Position numbers and translations under genes: made by a program. The notes under the pieces are model-generated. The model had not been told where the DNA came from. It saw nothing but the letters and a program-made list of their open reading frames with translations, and ran no database searches. From the NCBI GenBank assembly GCA_016718845.1, contig JADKCK010000037.1, forward strand, positions 1 to 64,000: a stretch of DNA of 64,000 nucleotides. Direction: 5' to 3'. This stretch comes from Sphingobacteriales bacterium. Its GTDB lineage: Bacteria; Bacteroidota; Bacteroidia; Chitinophagales; UBA2359. Of this stretch, positions 23,233-32,904 are shown piece by piece; within the stretch, counting starts at the first letter, position 1, and each line of letters opens with the position of its first letter.

Positions 23233-23415
23233 TTGTAAGCTAAACTTTTTTTTTAGGTAACGATACCAAAAGTTCTATTTTCTGAAAATCTTTTTTTACC
23301 TTTACCCGTCTTTTCAGAGCAGGTGTTTTATCGTCATTACAATGTCTTAAAACCCTGTATTTGGGAAGATAAATTAACAATTGCCATTTATATCTCTCAA
23401 TAATAAACAAATTCC

Positions 23416-25182
23416 ATGCTTTTACATAACCGTTACGAATACGACCCACGTATAAACTGGCTTGCCGATGGTAGCTCCTCAAAGGTGTACAAAGCCACCG
23501 ATACGCACAATCAACAAGCAGTGGTACTTAAGTTTTACCACACCTTGGGCAATCTTACGCCCGCCCAGTTTAAAGACAATATGGCTCGCACCATGGCTTT
23601 GCATCACCCAAATTTAGTGCAACTGCACGATTATTTCGAGATAGAAAACATTAACCCCTTTGGGCAACTCGATTATATACGCATTGGCGTTTGGGAGTTT
23701 GTAGCCCATACACCAAATACAACCGACACCGAAAGTATCCTTCGTCAGTCGCTCGATGCTTTACAATATCTACAACAAAACAATACCACACACGGTTCTA
23801 TCACCCCCGAAAACATTTTTACCACCGCCAGCGGGCAAGTAAAATTAAACAATGCAGGGGCTTTTGTCCAAGATATTGATACAACCGCCACCGATTTGCG
23901 CCAATTAGGCGAAGCACTACATTACTCCTTATCGGGTGGACAAGCACTTAGCTTTGACGATACCAACGCCCTTAAGTTAGCACTGCCCGACGACACCCGC
24001 GAAGTGTACAGCATCATCATACAAAAAACAGCCCACGACGATGCCAATATTGGCGATATCACCCATTTGTTGGATACCTACGACCGAGACAAACGCTTTG
24101 ATAAGGTATTGCCACTAACCGAAGCACAGTTCGAAAGCCGCTACGAGCTGCTCGATATGCTCGACAGCAACGACGAACATAGCACCTATCAGGCAAACGA
24201 CAACTTATTGGCTACTGCCGTTACATTGGCTATTTATCATGCACATCCATCTGCCGAGTACTACAACAAATTAAACAAAGCAACCTTAGCCCATTTGTTT
24301 AAAGTACAATTTGGCGAAAAGTTATCGCTTGTAGGTGTGATGCCAACCGCCGAAGAAACCACAAACCCCGTAGCTATCGCCGAACCTGCTATGGGCGATA
24401 CCGCTATTATTGCCGCCGCCGCTACTGTTGCTGCTGTTGAAACACTAACAGCTACAGACAGTAACGAAACCGCAGACAGCGAAAATGCCTTGCCAACAGA
24501 CGATATGCCAACTGCCGCAACAAGCACCGAAACAACCACTACCACCGTTACTACCACTACAACCGACGATGAAGATGCGGGCGAGGATACAGATAGTAGT
24601 TTAGATGAAGAAAACCTACAAGAACCAGACGGTGACGATGACGACGAAACATCGAACAACGAAGATGAAAATGAGTGGGACGACGAAGACGAAGATGAAT
24701 TAGTCGACAACGAGGACAACGATTTTATAGCAGCAGCCGACGAAGGAGATTCGGACGATGAAGACGAAGAAGATTCGGACGATGAAGACGAAGATGATTC
24801 GGACGATGAAGACGAAGATGATTCGGACGATGAAGACGAAGGAGATTCGGACGATGAAGACGAAGGAGATTCGGACGATGAAGACGAAGATGATTCGGAT
24901 GATGAAGACGAAGATGATTCGGACGATGAAGACGAAGATGATTCGGACGATGAAGACGAAGATGATTCGGATGATGAAGACGAAGATGATTCGGATGATG
25001 AAGACGAAGATGATTCGGATGATGAAGACGAAGATGATTCGGATGATGAAGACGAACCACTTAATTTGGTAGTGCCAGACGATGACGACGACGAAGAGTT
25101 AAAACCAACCGAAATTATAAACAGCGAAGCCATGCAGCAAGTACTAAAAGACATGGAACGATTGTTAAAAAACGATGACTAA
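23416..25182 (+). CDS. protein-kinase-like (probably pseudokinase) domain protein with a Thr-rich linker and a long polyacidic (DSDDEDED)n C-terminal tail
   Basis: The N-terminus has DGSSSKVYKATD....AVVLKF (G-loop/VAIK-like) and HPNLVQLHDYFE. The catalytic HRD and DFG motifs are replaced (HGSITPENIF, NAG). The C-terminal 150 aa are almost only D/E/S. Confidence 0.5.
   Translation: MLLHNRYEYDPRINWLADGSSSKVYKATDTHNQQAVVLKFYHTLGNLTPAQFKDNMARTMALHHPNLVQLHDYFEIENINPFGQLDYIRIGVWEFVAHTPNTTDTESILRQSLDALQYLQQNNTTHGSITPENIFTTASGQVKLNNAGAFVQDIDTTATDLRQLGEALHYSLSGGQALSFDDTNALKLALPDDTREVYSIIIQKTAHDDANIGDITHLLDTYDRDKRFDKVLPLTEAQFESRYELLDMLDSNDEHSTYQANDNLLATAVTLAIYHAHPSAEYYNKLNKATLAHLFKVQFGEKLSLVGVMPTAEETTNPVAIAEPAMGDTAIIAAAATVAAVETLTATDSNETADSENALPTDDMPTAATSTETTTTTVTTTTTDDEDAGEDTDSSLDEENLQEPDGDDDDETSNNEDENEWDDEDEDELVDNEDNDFIAAADEGDSDDEDEEDSDDEDEDDSDDEDEDDSDDEDEGDSDDEDEGDSDDEDEDDSDDEDEDDSDDEDEDDSDDEDEDDSDDEDEDDSDDEDEDDSDDEDEDDSDDEDEPLNLVVPDDDDDEELKPTEIINSEAMQQVLKDMERLLKNDD
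24748..25057 (+). repeat. intragenic 24-bp tandem repeat (gattcggacgatgaagacgaagat x~13) encoding DSDDEDED units
   Basis: The period-24 repeat is perfect with only synonymous or conservative variation. It also produces artefactual antisense poly-Ser ORFs. Confidence 0.85.
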
Positions 25183-25350
25183 TAACCGATGATTTGCATC
25201 AGCTACCGTTACACCCTATTTGGTTAGTTTTGTTTGATGCAAACTGCATTTATTTAAGCACCGTATAGTATCCAAAAAAAAGAACGATTTAGCAATGTGC
25301 GTAATACCACTATTGCTAAATCGTCTTTTTTATTCATCAAATCTTTTTGT

Positions 25351-26092
25351 TTATTCGTTCCAAATTGCCCAAGCTGCCTCGGCTTGCAGATGCAGCATAT
25401 CCAAGCCATTTTTTGTTACTGCTCCGTATTTGGCAGCTTGTTGCATAAACCGTGTTTCGGTAGGGTTGTACACCAAATCGTAGCATAAATGATTAGGGCT
25501 AAAAAAATGATAGGGTAGGGCAGGGGCTGCATCGGTGTTTGGATACATGCCCAAAGGCGTAGTATTAACCACAATAGTATGTTGTGCCATTATATGGGCA
25601 GTTATTGCAGGGTAGCTTAACCCATTGTTATTATTATGGTTGTTTGCTTGCCTCGACACTATAGTATACGGGTATACCCAACTTTTGCAATACCCAACAA
25701 ACTGCCTTTGCTGCACCACCATTGCCCAACACCAATGCTGCTTTATGGTGTGCTTGCAATAAAGGCATCAACGATTGTTCAAAACCAATAACATCGGTAT
25801 TATAGCCAATTAAGCGTCCTTGTTTAATTTTAATGCAATTAACCGCCCCAATTTGTTGTACAGCAGGGCTTTGCTCGTTAATATACGCCAACACCGATTG
25901 CTTATAGGGTATAGTTACATTTAATCCACACAAATCGGGGTTTTGTTGTAATAAATCGGGTAGCAAATCAATATGTTCAATAGCAAACAAATCGTAACGA
26001 CAATTTGACAGTTGCTCGCGCTCAAATTTTTGACTAAAGTATTGCCGCGAAAACGAATGAGATAAAGGATAACCAATTAATCCGTAGTGCAT
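25351..26092 (-). CDS. aroE: shikimate 5-dehydrogenase, reading frame broken at about 25650-25720
   Basis: The N-terminal part is MHYGLIGYPLSHSFSRQYF...NVTIPYK...NTDVIGF...LVLGNGGAAKAV. The C-terminal part, in another frame, is ...VNTTPLGMYPN....YDLVYNPTETRFMQQA. The two ORFs 25634..26188 and 25351..25722 overlap. Confidence 0.7.
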
Positions 26093-26400
26093 AAAATAAG
26101 TTGCTAAAATAATGAAAAATGAAAATGGCAGCAGTACAAGTATTGCTACCAACGACAAATACCAATACAAGTATCGGCAACGCCACAAGCTACATCAGAG
26201 CCGATAACAGCAGCAAATAACCATAAAAAAAACAACAAATTTGGGTCAAAAGTTTGCCACTTTTTTGTTTTTAGGCACTTTTGTATCATTTAGTGCCTAT
26301 TTTAGGCTATATTTGCACCTTAAAATGTTAGATTTGTTTATCTACACAAAACAATCAAAAACAAACAGTAAATTATCTTTTACCATTTACCCTTTATTAT

Positions 26401-27744
26401 ATGCTCATGCTCGATTCTTTTTTAGCCTTTATTAAACAACAAAATCTGTTACAAAAAAACGACCGCGTATTAGTTGCCGTTAGCGGCGGCGTAGATTCGG
26501 TGGTGCTGTGCGAGTTATTGCATCGGGCGGGCTTTGAAATAGGCATTGCACATTGCAATTTTGGTTTGCGCGATACCGAGTCGGACGGCGACGAGGCTTT
26601 TGTTATACAATTAGCCATTGAGCATTACCAGTGCCCCTTTTACACCATTAAGTTTGATACGCAAGCCGTTGCCGCACAAATGCAGGTATCTATACAAATG
26701 GCTGCCCGACAATTGCGCTACGATTGGTTAGAAAACCTTAGACAAACCAACGAGTATAAATTTTTAGCCACCGCACACCACCAAAACGACCTTGCCGAAA
26801 CCATGCTCTATAACCTAAGCAAAGGTACGGGTATTGGCGGTTTGCATGGCATCTTGGCAAAAAAAAATAAACTTATCCGCCCATTATTGTTTACCAACAA
26901 ACAATATATCGAGCAATTTGCTTTGGATAATAATTTATCGTATCGCCACGACTCAAGTAACAGCCAAACCAAATATGCCCGCAACAAAATTAGACATTTG
27001 GTGATGCCTGTTTTAAAAGAAATTAACCCCAACTTAGAGCAAACGTTTTACGAAAATGCCCAACGCTTTGCCGATGTTGAAACCATCTACCGACAAGGTA
27101 TTGCCGCCTACAAAAAGCAATTGCTAAAAACCGACCGACACGAAACACGCATCGCTATTTCGCAACTGCTTAACCTACCCGCTTTACCCACTATTTTGTA
27201 CGAGTTATTGCAAGATTATGGCTTTGGTAATGATAGAATTGGCGATATTATTAGGGCATTAGATGCCGAGTCGGGGCGGGTTTTTCTGTCGGCTACACAT
27301 CAATTAGTCAAAGACCGTAAGCACCTTATAATTTCGGAATTGGCAAGCAACGAGGCATCAATTTACTTAATTAACCCAACAGATACCCAAGTAGTGACAC
27401 AACATTTTACCCTTAGCCTACAACGCATAAGCATCGACGAAAGTTTTGTGCCACCAACAAAAGCCCATATTGCCTGCCTCGATACCACCGATTTGGTTTA
27501 CCCCCTAAGCCTACGCCGCTGGACAGAGGGTGATTATTTTTACCCACTAGGCATGAACCGTAAAAAGAAAAAAGTGAGCCGATACCTCATCGACCAAAAA
27601 CTAAACCGCAACGAAAAAGACCGCACATGGCTACTTAGTACCGCCAACGAGCGTACCTTGTGGGTGGTTAATCACCGCCTTGACGAGCGTTTTAAAGTAA
27701 CCCCAAAAACAAAAGAAGTACTTTGGATAACTTTTAGCGAGTAG
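26401..27744 (+). CDS. tilS: tRNA(Ile)-lysidine synthetase
   Basis: The PP-loop SGGVDSVVL is in RVLVAVSGGVDSVVLCELL. The protein is 447 aa. Confidence 0.85.
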   Translation: MLMLDSFLAFIKQQNLLQKNDRVLVAVSGGVDSVVLCELLHRAGFEIGIAHCNFGLRDTESDGDEAFVIQLAIEHYQCPFYTIKFDTQAVAAQMQVSIQMAARQLRYDWLENLRQTNEYKFLATAHHQNDLAETMLYNLSKGTGIGGLHGILAKKNKLIRPLLFTNKQYIEQFALDNNLSYRHDSSNSQTKYARNKIRHLVMPVLKEINPNLEQTFYENAQRFADVETIYRQGIAAYKKQLLKTDRHETRIAISQLLNLPALPTILYELLQDYGFGNDRIGDIIRALDAESGRVFLSATHQLVKDRKHLIISELASNEASIYLINPTDTQVVTQHFTLSLQRISIDESFVPPTKAHIACLDTTDLVYPLSLRRWTEGDYFYPLGMNRKKKKVSRYLIDQKLNRNEKDRTWLLSTANERTLWVVNHRLDERFKVTPKTKEVLWITFSE

Positions 27745-27779
27745 TTTTGGGCAGATATGTAGCATAACCATAGTAAACT

Positions 27780-28490
27780 AAGAAAAACAACAAGAGACAC
27801 AGAGGGCACAGAGAAAAAAAACTCCGTGTTCTCTGTGTCTCCGTTGTAAATAAAATCACCATATAGACAGATAACCGCCCATTAACTATGCCTCTATGAA
27901 AACCTATGTTTCTATGTGTCAAAAAAAATACCACATAGAATTATAGGAAAGCATAGACCGCATAGATGTGTTAAACTATGCCTCTATGAAAACCTATGTT
28001 TCTATGTGTCAAAAAAAATACTACATAGATGGGCATACTGTTTCTATGAAAAACACATAGATCAGTAAAAAAGCCACATAGGTAGGCATTAACTATGTTT
28101 CTATGAAAACCTATGCATCTATGTGTCAAAAAAAATACCACATAGGTAGGCATTAACTATGTTTCTATGAAAACCTATGCATCTATGTGTCAAAAAAAAT
28201 ACCACATAGGTAGGCATTAACTATGTTTCTATGAAAACCTATGCATCTATGTGTCAAAAAAAATACCACATAGGTAGGCATTAACTATGTTTCTATGAAA
28301 ACCTATGCTACTATGTGTCAAAAAAAAACACATAGAATCATAGGAAAGCATAGACCGCATAGATGTGTATTAAACTATGCCTCTATGAAAACCTATGTAT
28401 CTATGTGTCAAAAAAAATACCACATAGGTAGGCATTAACTATGTTTCTATGAAAACCTATGCTACTATGTGTCAAAAAAGAGATGTGTCT
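27780..28490. repeat. modular CATAG/CTATG iteron-like tandem repeat array (array 2), flanked by a GAGACACAGAG...CTCTGTGTCTCCGTTGTAAATAAAA motif at both ends
   Basis: There are 8 copies of a ~50-bp core, aactatgYYtctatgaaaacctatgNNtctatgtgtcaaaaaaaataccacatag. Intervening segments are 9, 35-37 or 62 bp long and themselves recur (gtaggcatt x5; aatcataggaaagcatagaccgcatagatgtgt x2). Confidence 0.8.
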
Positions 28491-28525
28491 CCGTTGTAAA
28501 TAAAAACAACAAGAAGCGCATTAAA

Positions 28526-31500
28526 TTACGCCCCTAGCAGCACAAACCCTGCCCACGATTTAGGCGTAACGCCATGTTGCACCAACAGTTTTCGTTTAGC
28601 AGCCGACAGTGCATTGGCATAAGTTTGGTTATTCAAAATCTCTTCGAACAAATATTGGGTAAGCAAACACGACTCGCGGTCGTACACCTTAAATAGTGTA
28701 AATATGATGTTTTTAGCACCAGCATATAAAAAGCCTCGATTGATAGCCATCATACCCTCGCCCGGGATAAGCTGCCCCAAACCTGTTTCGCAGCAGCTAA
28801 GCACCAATAAATCGGCGCTTAATTCCAAGTGATACGTTTCGTCCATGTACAACATACCTTCTTTTTCGGTTTTGTTGCTCGGCGACAACAATATACCCGA
28901 CAATTTGGGTTGTTGTTTATTAATAATGCCATGGGCAGCAATGTGTACATACTTGTATTTGGGTGCATGTTGCACAAAATTATCGGTCGAGGCATTGGCA
29001 TGTAAAAACAAGCGAGATGGGTCGTGATGTTGTTCAAATAGCTTTTCGATATTTTTTAGTTCCATTTCGGAGTACATCAACTCGCGATACTGGTTTCCGT
29101 TTACTTGTGCTGTTCTAACAGCCGATAAAGTAGTTACATCGTTAAACTCCGATGCCCCCCGCGATAAAGGGCGGTCGTAGGCATAAATGGGTGCAAATCC
29201 AATAAAGTTATTGCTTTGTTGCTCATTTCGCAATGGTTTTAACATACTTTCGGCAAGCAGTGTTACCGAGTAATGATAACTTAGGTGGTAATCGAACAAC
29301 AAATAGGGCAACTCGTTATAATTAGGCGTATTATCGGGCAGGTAGGTAAGCAATGCCTCGAAAGGCAAGTAATACAAGGTTTGGTCGGGTATGATAACCA
29401 ATTGCGGTACAGCGGCAGCGTGTGGCTCGGTACTTTGTGGCAAGCTTTGTAAGATAGGTTGCAGCAATGTTTGGTACAATTGATAACCAAAGGTTACATA
29501 CTCTTCGTAATTTAGGGCATTGAGTGCCTCCGAAAATTCGGCAATTTGCTCGTCTAAATCAATAGGTTTAGGCAGTGTGTGTAATTGATAATGATTAACA
29601 CCAATCGAAAAAACATAAATTAGCTCTTTACCAATCAAGTATTCTATTACTATTTTATGCGGACATTTTTGCAAATGTTGCTGTATGGCAGTAACCGAAA
29701 CAGTTTTTACGTTGTATTTAAGTTGGTAATAATCGGGGTAAGTTTTTTCTAAATTAGCCACTAGTTTTTCGTATGCTTCGGCACATTCAAAACGTTGTTT
29801 TTGTAGATTTTGCAAGTACTCCGATTCTATGCCTTTTATTTGTTCTTTGTACAGTTGTTCGTCGAGGTAGCTCATTGCCAAGCGCAATTGTTTTTCTTGT
29901 TCTAGCAATTGCGGGTCTATGTTTGCCATTATTTTGGCTTCGGCATCTTTAATAGCACTTAACAACAACAAGCTTCGGCTTTTTTCGGCAAACGAAAAAC
30001 ATTTGTACAAATAGCTTATGTTGTTGGTTAGTTGGTACAACTGGTTTGCTACGGCAATACTTTGCTCGTAGATGTGTACATAGTTTTGTACTAAGGTAAG
30101 TTTCGAGCCTTCTTGGCTGTAACTGTGTCGTATCTCGCCAAGTAAATAAACAATGGCCTGATAGGTATCAAAAACTACTTTTAGGTCGTTGATATTGGCG
30201 GTTTGTTGGTGTAGTTGGGTTAAAACTTGTGCTTTGTTTTGCAGTACTTTTAATAAATCAAGGGCAAGGTGGTAATTACCATGAATGGTGGGTGTATCGT
30301 AGATGTTGGTATTGTGGTAATCTACAATTAAACTATTGAGTGCTTTTTGGCAATAAATGGCGGCTTGTTGGTAGTTTTTTTGCCCCATATAGTAGGTAGC
30401 AAGCAAGTTAAAGGTAGTGCCTGCTTCCAGATGAATTTCGTTCAACGAAGTTTTTTCGACCTGCTTCAACGATTTTATTAAGTTAGCGTATGCCTTTTGT
30501 GGTTCATTTAAGCACAAATAACACTCGGCAATAGCATTGTTGCCACTTACCACTAAAGGGTGTTCGCTGCCTACAATAGATTGGTAAATAGCCACCGACT
30601 GTTCGAAATAAGGGATAGCTTGTTTGTATGCTTTGGGATTTTGGGCATACCACCAACCAATTTTTTGTTGTAGCTCGGCAGTGCGTATGTTGTCCGATTT
30701 ATAAAAATCGGACGAGATTTGAAGTGCTTTTTGGTAATAATCAATTTCGGCTTGAGTATCACCCTTTTTACCCACGCATTTACCCATATTTTCGTAGATA
30801 GATACCGTTAGTGGGTGTGGATTGTGGTGAAAAGCAGTTTGTGCTGTATGCACTGCCTGCTGAAAATACAATAATGCTTTATCATAATCGCCCATTTCGC
30901 TATAGCAGCGAGCCATTAATCCCAAGTCAGAGGCTAAAGCAGGTAGTGGTTGATGCTTAATAGTACGACCAATATCTAACGAATAATTAATGTAGTGAAG
31001 TGCCTTTTCGTAGTTCTTTTTCAAAAACCAACACAAAGCCAAACCCATATACGAGCGGCTGTTGTATTCGTGGTGATTGCCCCATAAAGCCACCCCTACA
31101 GCTAATGCTTTTTCAAAATACGGGATACCTAAATCTGCCTGCCTAATGCGCGAATACGACAAACCAATGCCATTGTAGCAACGATTTAATAATACGTGAG
31201 GCTCCTCTCCAAATTTATCTAAGGTAACCTTCAAGCCCATTCTAAATGCGTCAATTCCTTGTTCAAACTCTTCGATGGCACAGTAAGTATTACCCAATTC
31301 TATGTAAATTTCTACAATATTTAGCGGCGTTTGTGGCGTATTAGGAAAAGCAGCTAAGGTTTCTTTCATAAACCTAAGACATTCTATAAATTGCGAAAAC
31401 CGAAAATAAATCTCGTTGATTTTTGCCGCTACACTATAATACTCTTCTAAGTTGTTGGTGGCTGAATAAATGCTCAAGGCTTCTCTATACAACTCAACGG

Positions 31501-31585
31501 CTTCGTTTAAGTTGTTGTTCTCGTATAAAATACGAGCTTGATTGGCATACCGTTGCGCCGCATCGAGCAATGCAGTGGATTCCAT
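28526..31585 (-). CDS. TPR-repeat protein with a C-terminal CHAT (caspase-like) protease domain
   Basis: The N-terminal ~600 aa carry many TPR-like repeats (A..YY..A....G.Y..A pattern). The C-terminus has the CHAT His/Cys dyad context VHIAAHGI...LLVLSCCETGLG. The protein is 1019 aa. Confidence 0.75.
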   Translation of the reverse strand: MESTALLDAAQRYANQARILYENNNLNEAVELYREALSIYSATNNLEEYYSVAAKINEIYFRFSQFIECLRFMKETLAAFPNTPQTPLNIVEIYIELGNTYCAIEEFEQGIDAFRMGLKVTLDKFGEEPHVLLNRCYNGIGLSYSRIRQADLGIPYFEKALAVGVALWGNHHEYNSRSYMGLALCWFLKKNYEKALHYINYSLDIGRTIKHQPLPALASDLGLMARCYSEMGDYDKALLYFQQAVHTAQTAFHHNPHPLTVSIYENMGKCVGKKGDTQAEIDYYQKALQISSDFYKSDNIRTAELQQKIGWWYAQNPKAYKQAIPYFEQSVAIYQSIVGSEHPLVVSGNNAIAECYLCLNEPQKAYANLIKSLKQVEKTSLNEIHLEAGTTFNLLATYYMGQKNYQQAAIYCQKALNSLIVDYHNTNIYDTPTIHGNYHLALDLLKVLQNKAQVLTQLHQQTANINDLKVVFDTYQAIVYLLGEIRHSYSQEGSKLTLVQNYVHIYEQSIAVANQLYQLTNNISYLYKCFSFAEKSRSLLLLSAIKDAEAKIMANIDPQLLEQEKQLRLAMSYLDEQLYKEQIKGIESEYLQNLQKQRFECAEAYEKLVANLEKTYPDYYQLKYNVKTVSVTAIQQHLQKCPHKIVIEYLIGKELIYVFSIGVNHYQLHTLPKPIDLDEQIAEFSEALNALNYEEYVTFGYQLYQTLLQPILQSLPQSTEPHAAAVPQLVIIPDQTLYYLPFEALLTYLPDNTPNYNELPYLLFDYHLSYHYSVTLLAESMLKPLRNEQQSNNFIGFAPIYAYDRPLSRGASEFNDVTTLSAVRTAQVNGNQYRELMYSEMELKNIEKLFEQHHDPSRLFLHANASTDNFVQHAPKYKYVHIAAHGIINKQQPKLSGILLSPSNKTEKEGMLYMDETYHLELSADLLVLSCCETGLGQLIPGEGMMAINRGFLYAGAKNIIFTLFKVYDRESCLLTQYLFEEILNNQTYANALSAAKRKLLVQHGVTPKSWAGFVLLGA

Positions 31586-31723
31586 GTTGATAGCGTTGTT
31601 TGTGTGATGTGCGTAGTTGCTATTACGACTATTTTATTGCACAAAAGTTTAACACCAAAAGTAAAATTTGGGTAGATAAGCAAAACCCATTGGCAAAAAG
31701 TGAGCTATAAACTGCTTTTGTTG

Positions 31724-31731
31724 TATCTTTG
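31724..31731 (+). promoter_or_regulatory. candidate -7 element TAnnTTTG (tatctttg) 30 bp upstream of the ChaN-like gene
   Basis: The call rests on the motif match only. Confidence 0.25.
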
Positions 31732-31760
31732 TGCAAAATTAACGAAAATTTTAACACTAA

Positions 31761-32636
31761 ATGCAAAAGCTTTTATTAATCACCTTATTTTCGCTGGGCT
31801 TGCTTAGTTTTACCACCGATAAACCTGCCTATAGACTGTTTGATGCCAAAGGTCAAGCTAAAAATTATGCCGACTTGTTGAAAACCGCCGCCAAAGCCGA
31901 CATCGTGTTTTTTGGCGAACTGCACAACAACCCTATTGCCCATTGGCTACAATTAGAACTAACCCAAGATTTGTTCACCCAAAAACAAAATCAATTGGTA
32001 CTGGGTGCCGAAATGTTCGAAGCCGACAACCAATTAGTACTTACCGAGTACCTAAACGGTTTGATTAACGAAAAAAACTTTGAAACCGAGTGCCGCCTTT
32101 GGGATAACTACAAAACCGATTACAAACCACTTATTAACTTTGCTAAACAAAATCAACTTAATTTTGTAGCTACCAACATTCCGCGCCGTTATGCCTCTAT
32201 TGTGTCCAAGCGCGGTTTAGATGCACTAAACACCCTACCCACCGAAGCCCGCAACTACATAGCCCCACTACCCATAAAAGTAGACCTATCGCTGCCGGGC
32301 TATGCCGCTATGCTCGATATGGGCAGTAATCACGACGAAAACGACACCATAGGCAACGACTTTTTTCCTAAGGCACAAGCCATAAAAGATGCAACAATGG
32401 CTCATTTTATCCTAAAAAATTGGGAGAAAAACAAACTCTTTTTGCACTTTAACGGAGCTTATCACTCTAACAACTACGAGGGTATTGTGTGGTATCTAAA
32501 ACAAGCCAATCCTAAACTTAACATTGTTACCATCAGCAGTACCGAGCAAAACAACATAGACACCCTAGAAGAAGAAAACAAAAATGTAGCAGATTTTATA
32601 ATTGCTATACCAACAACCATGACCAAAACCTATTAA
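31761..32636 (+). CDS. ChaN-like / Tiki-TraB superfamily lipoprotein (haem-binding uptake family)
   Basis: A signal peptide is followed by ADIVFFGELHNNPIAHWLQ (GEXH motif) and NGAYHS (second His motif), typical of PF04187-like proteins. Confidence 0.5.
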   Translation: MQKLLLITLFSLGLLSFTTDKPAYRLFDAKGQAKNYADLLKTAAKADIVFFGELHNNPIAHWLQLELTQDLFTQKQNQLVLGAEMFEADNQLVLTEYLNGLINEKNFETECRLWDNYKTDYKPLINFAKQNQLNFVATNIPRRYASIVSKRGLDALNTLPTEARNYIAPLPIKVDLSLPGYAAMLDMGSNHDENDTIGNDFFPKAQAIKDATMAHFILKNWEKNKLFLHFNGAYHSNNYEGIVWYLKQANPKLNIVTISSTEQNNIDTLEEENKNVADFIIAIPTTMTKTY

Positions 32637-32668
32637 GTAACTATTTAACCTAATATTGTCGGGTAAAA

Positions 32669-32760
32669 GTGGTATTTTTAGCCCCGTTAGGGGTGTTATA
32701 TGGGTAACAAAGATGTGGATAAACGTATTTTTAGCCCCTTTAGGGGTGTGATATGGTTAT
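32669..32760 (+). repeat. direct duplication of a ~45-bp unit (gtatttttagcccc[g]ttaggggtgt[t]atatgg) with a weak internal hairpin
   Basis: Two copies 45 bp apart lie in the intergenic region downstream of the ChaN-like gene. Confidence 0.4.
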
Positions 32761-32904
32761 TTATCCATGAAAAACGTTACCAATTTACCAAAATTTACCG
32801 ATAATGGCGAGTTTGCCAATAACTATAATACCCGACAATATTAACTTGAATGACTACTAAATCGTTTAATTAAAAAATCATCATCAACCAAAATTAACAT
32901 AACC

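Noticed and set aside
24261-25154. 297-aa antisense poly-Ser ORF and other repetitive ORFs (24725-25072) inside the acidic tail repeat
   Set aside because: They are mirror artefacts of the 24-bp coding repeat of the pseudokinase-like gene. The sense-strand gene has a kinase-like N-terminal domain and a clean start.
27780-28490. Possible CRISPR array (regular ~50-bp repeats with intervening segments). The same idea applies to 22640-23232.
   Set aside because: The intervening segments are not unique: gtaggcatt recurs five times and a ~35-bp segment recurs twice. Their lengths range from 9 to 62 bp, the repeats carry internal CTATG sub-repeats, and no cas genes are nearby. The region is therefore classified as a modular tandem or iteron-like repeat.
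28526-31585. A type III-E CRISPR (Craspase) locus, suggested by a TPR-CHAT gene adjacent to a repeat array
   Set aside because: There is no gRAMP/Cas7-11, Cas1/2 or genuine CRISPR array in the flanking 20 kb. The adjacent array is not CRISPR.
32669-32760. Rho-independent terminators at the two agcccc(g)ttagggg hairpins
   Set aside because: The stems are only 4-5 bp. They are more likely a duplicated sequence block than functional terminators.
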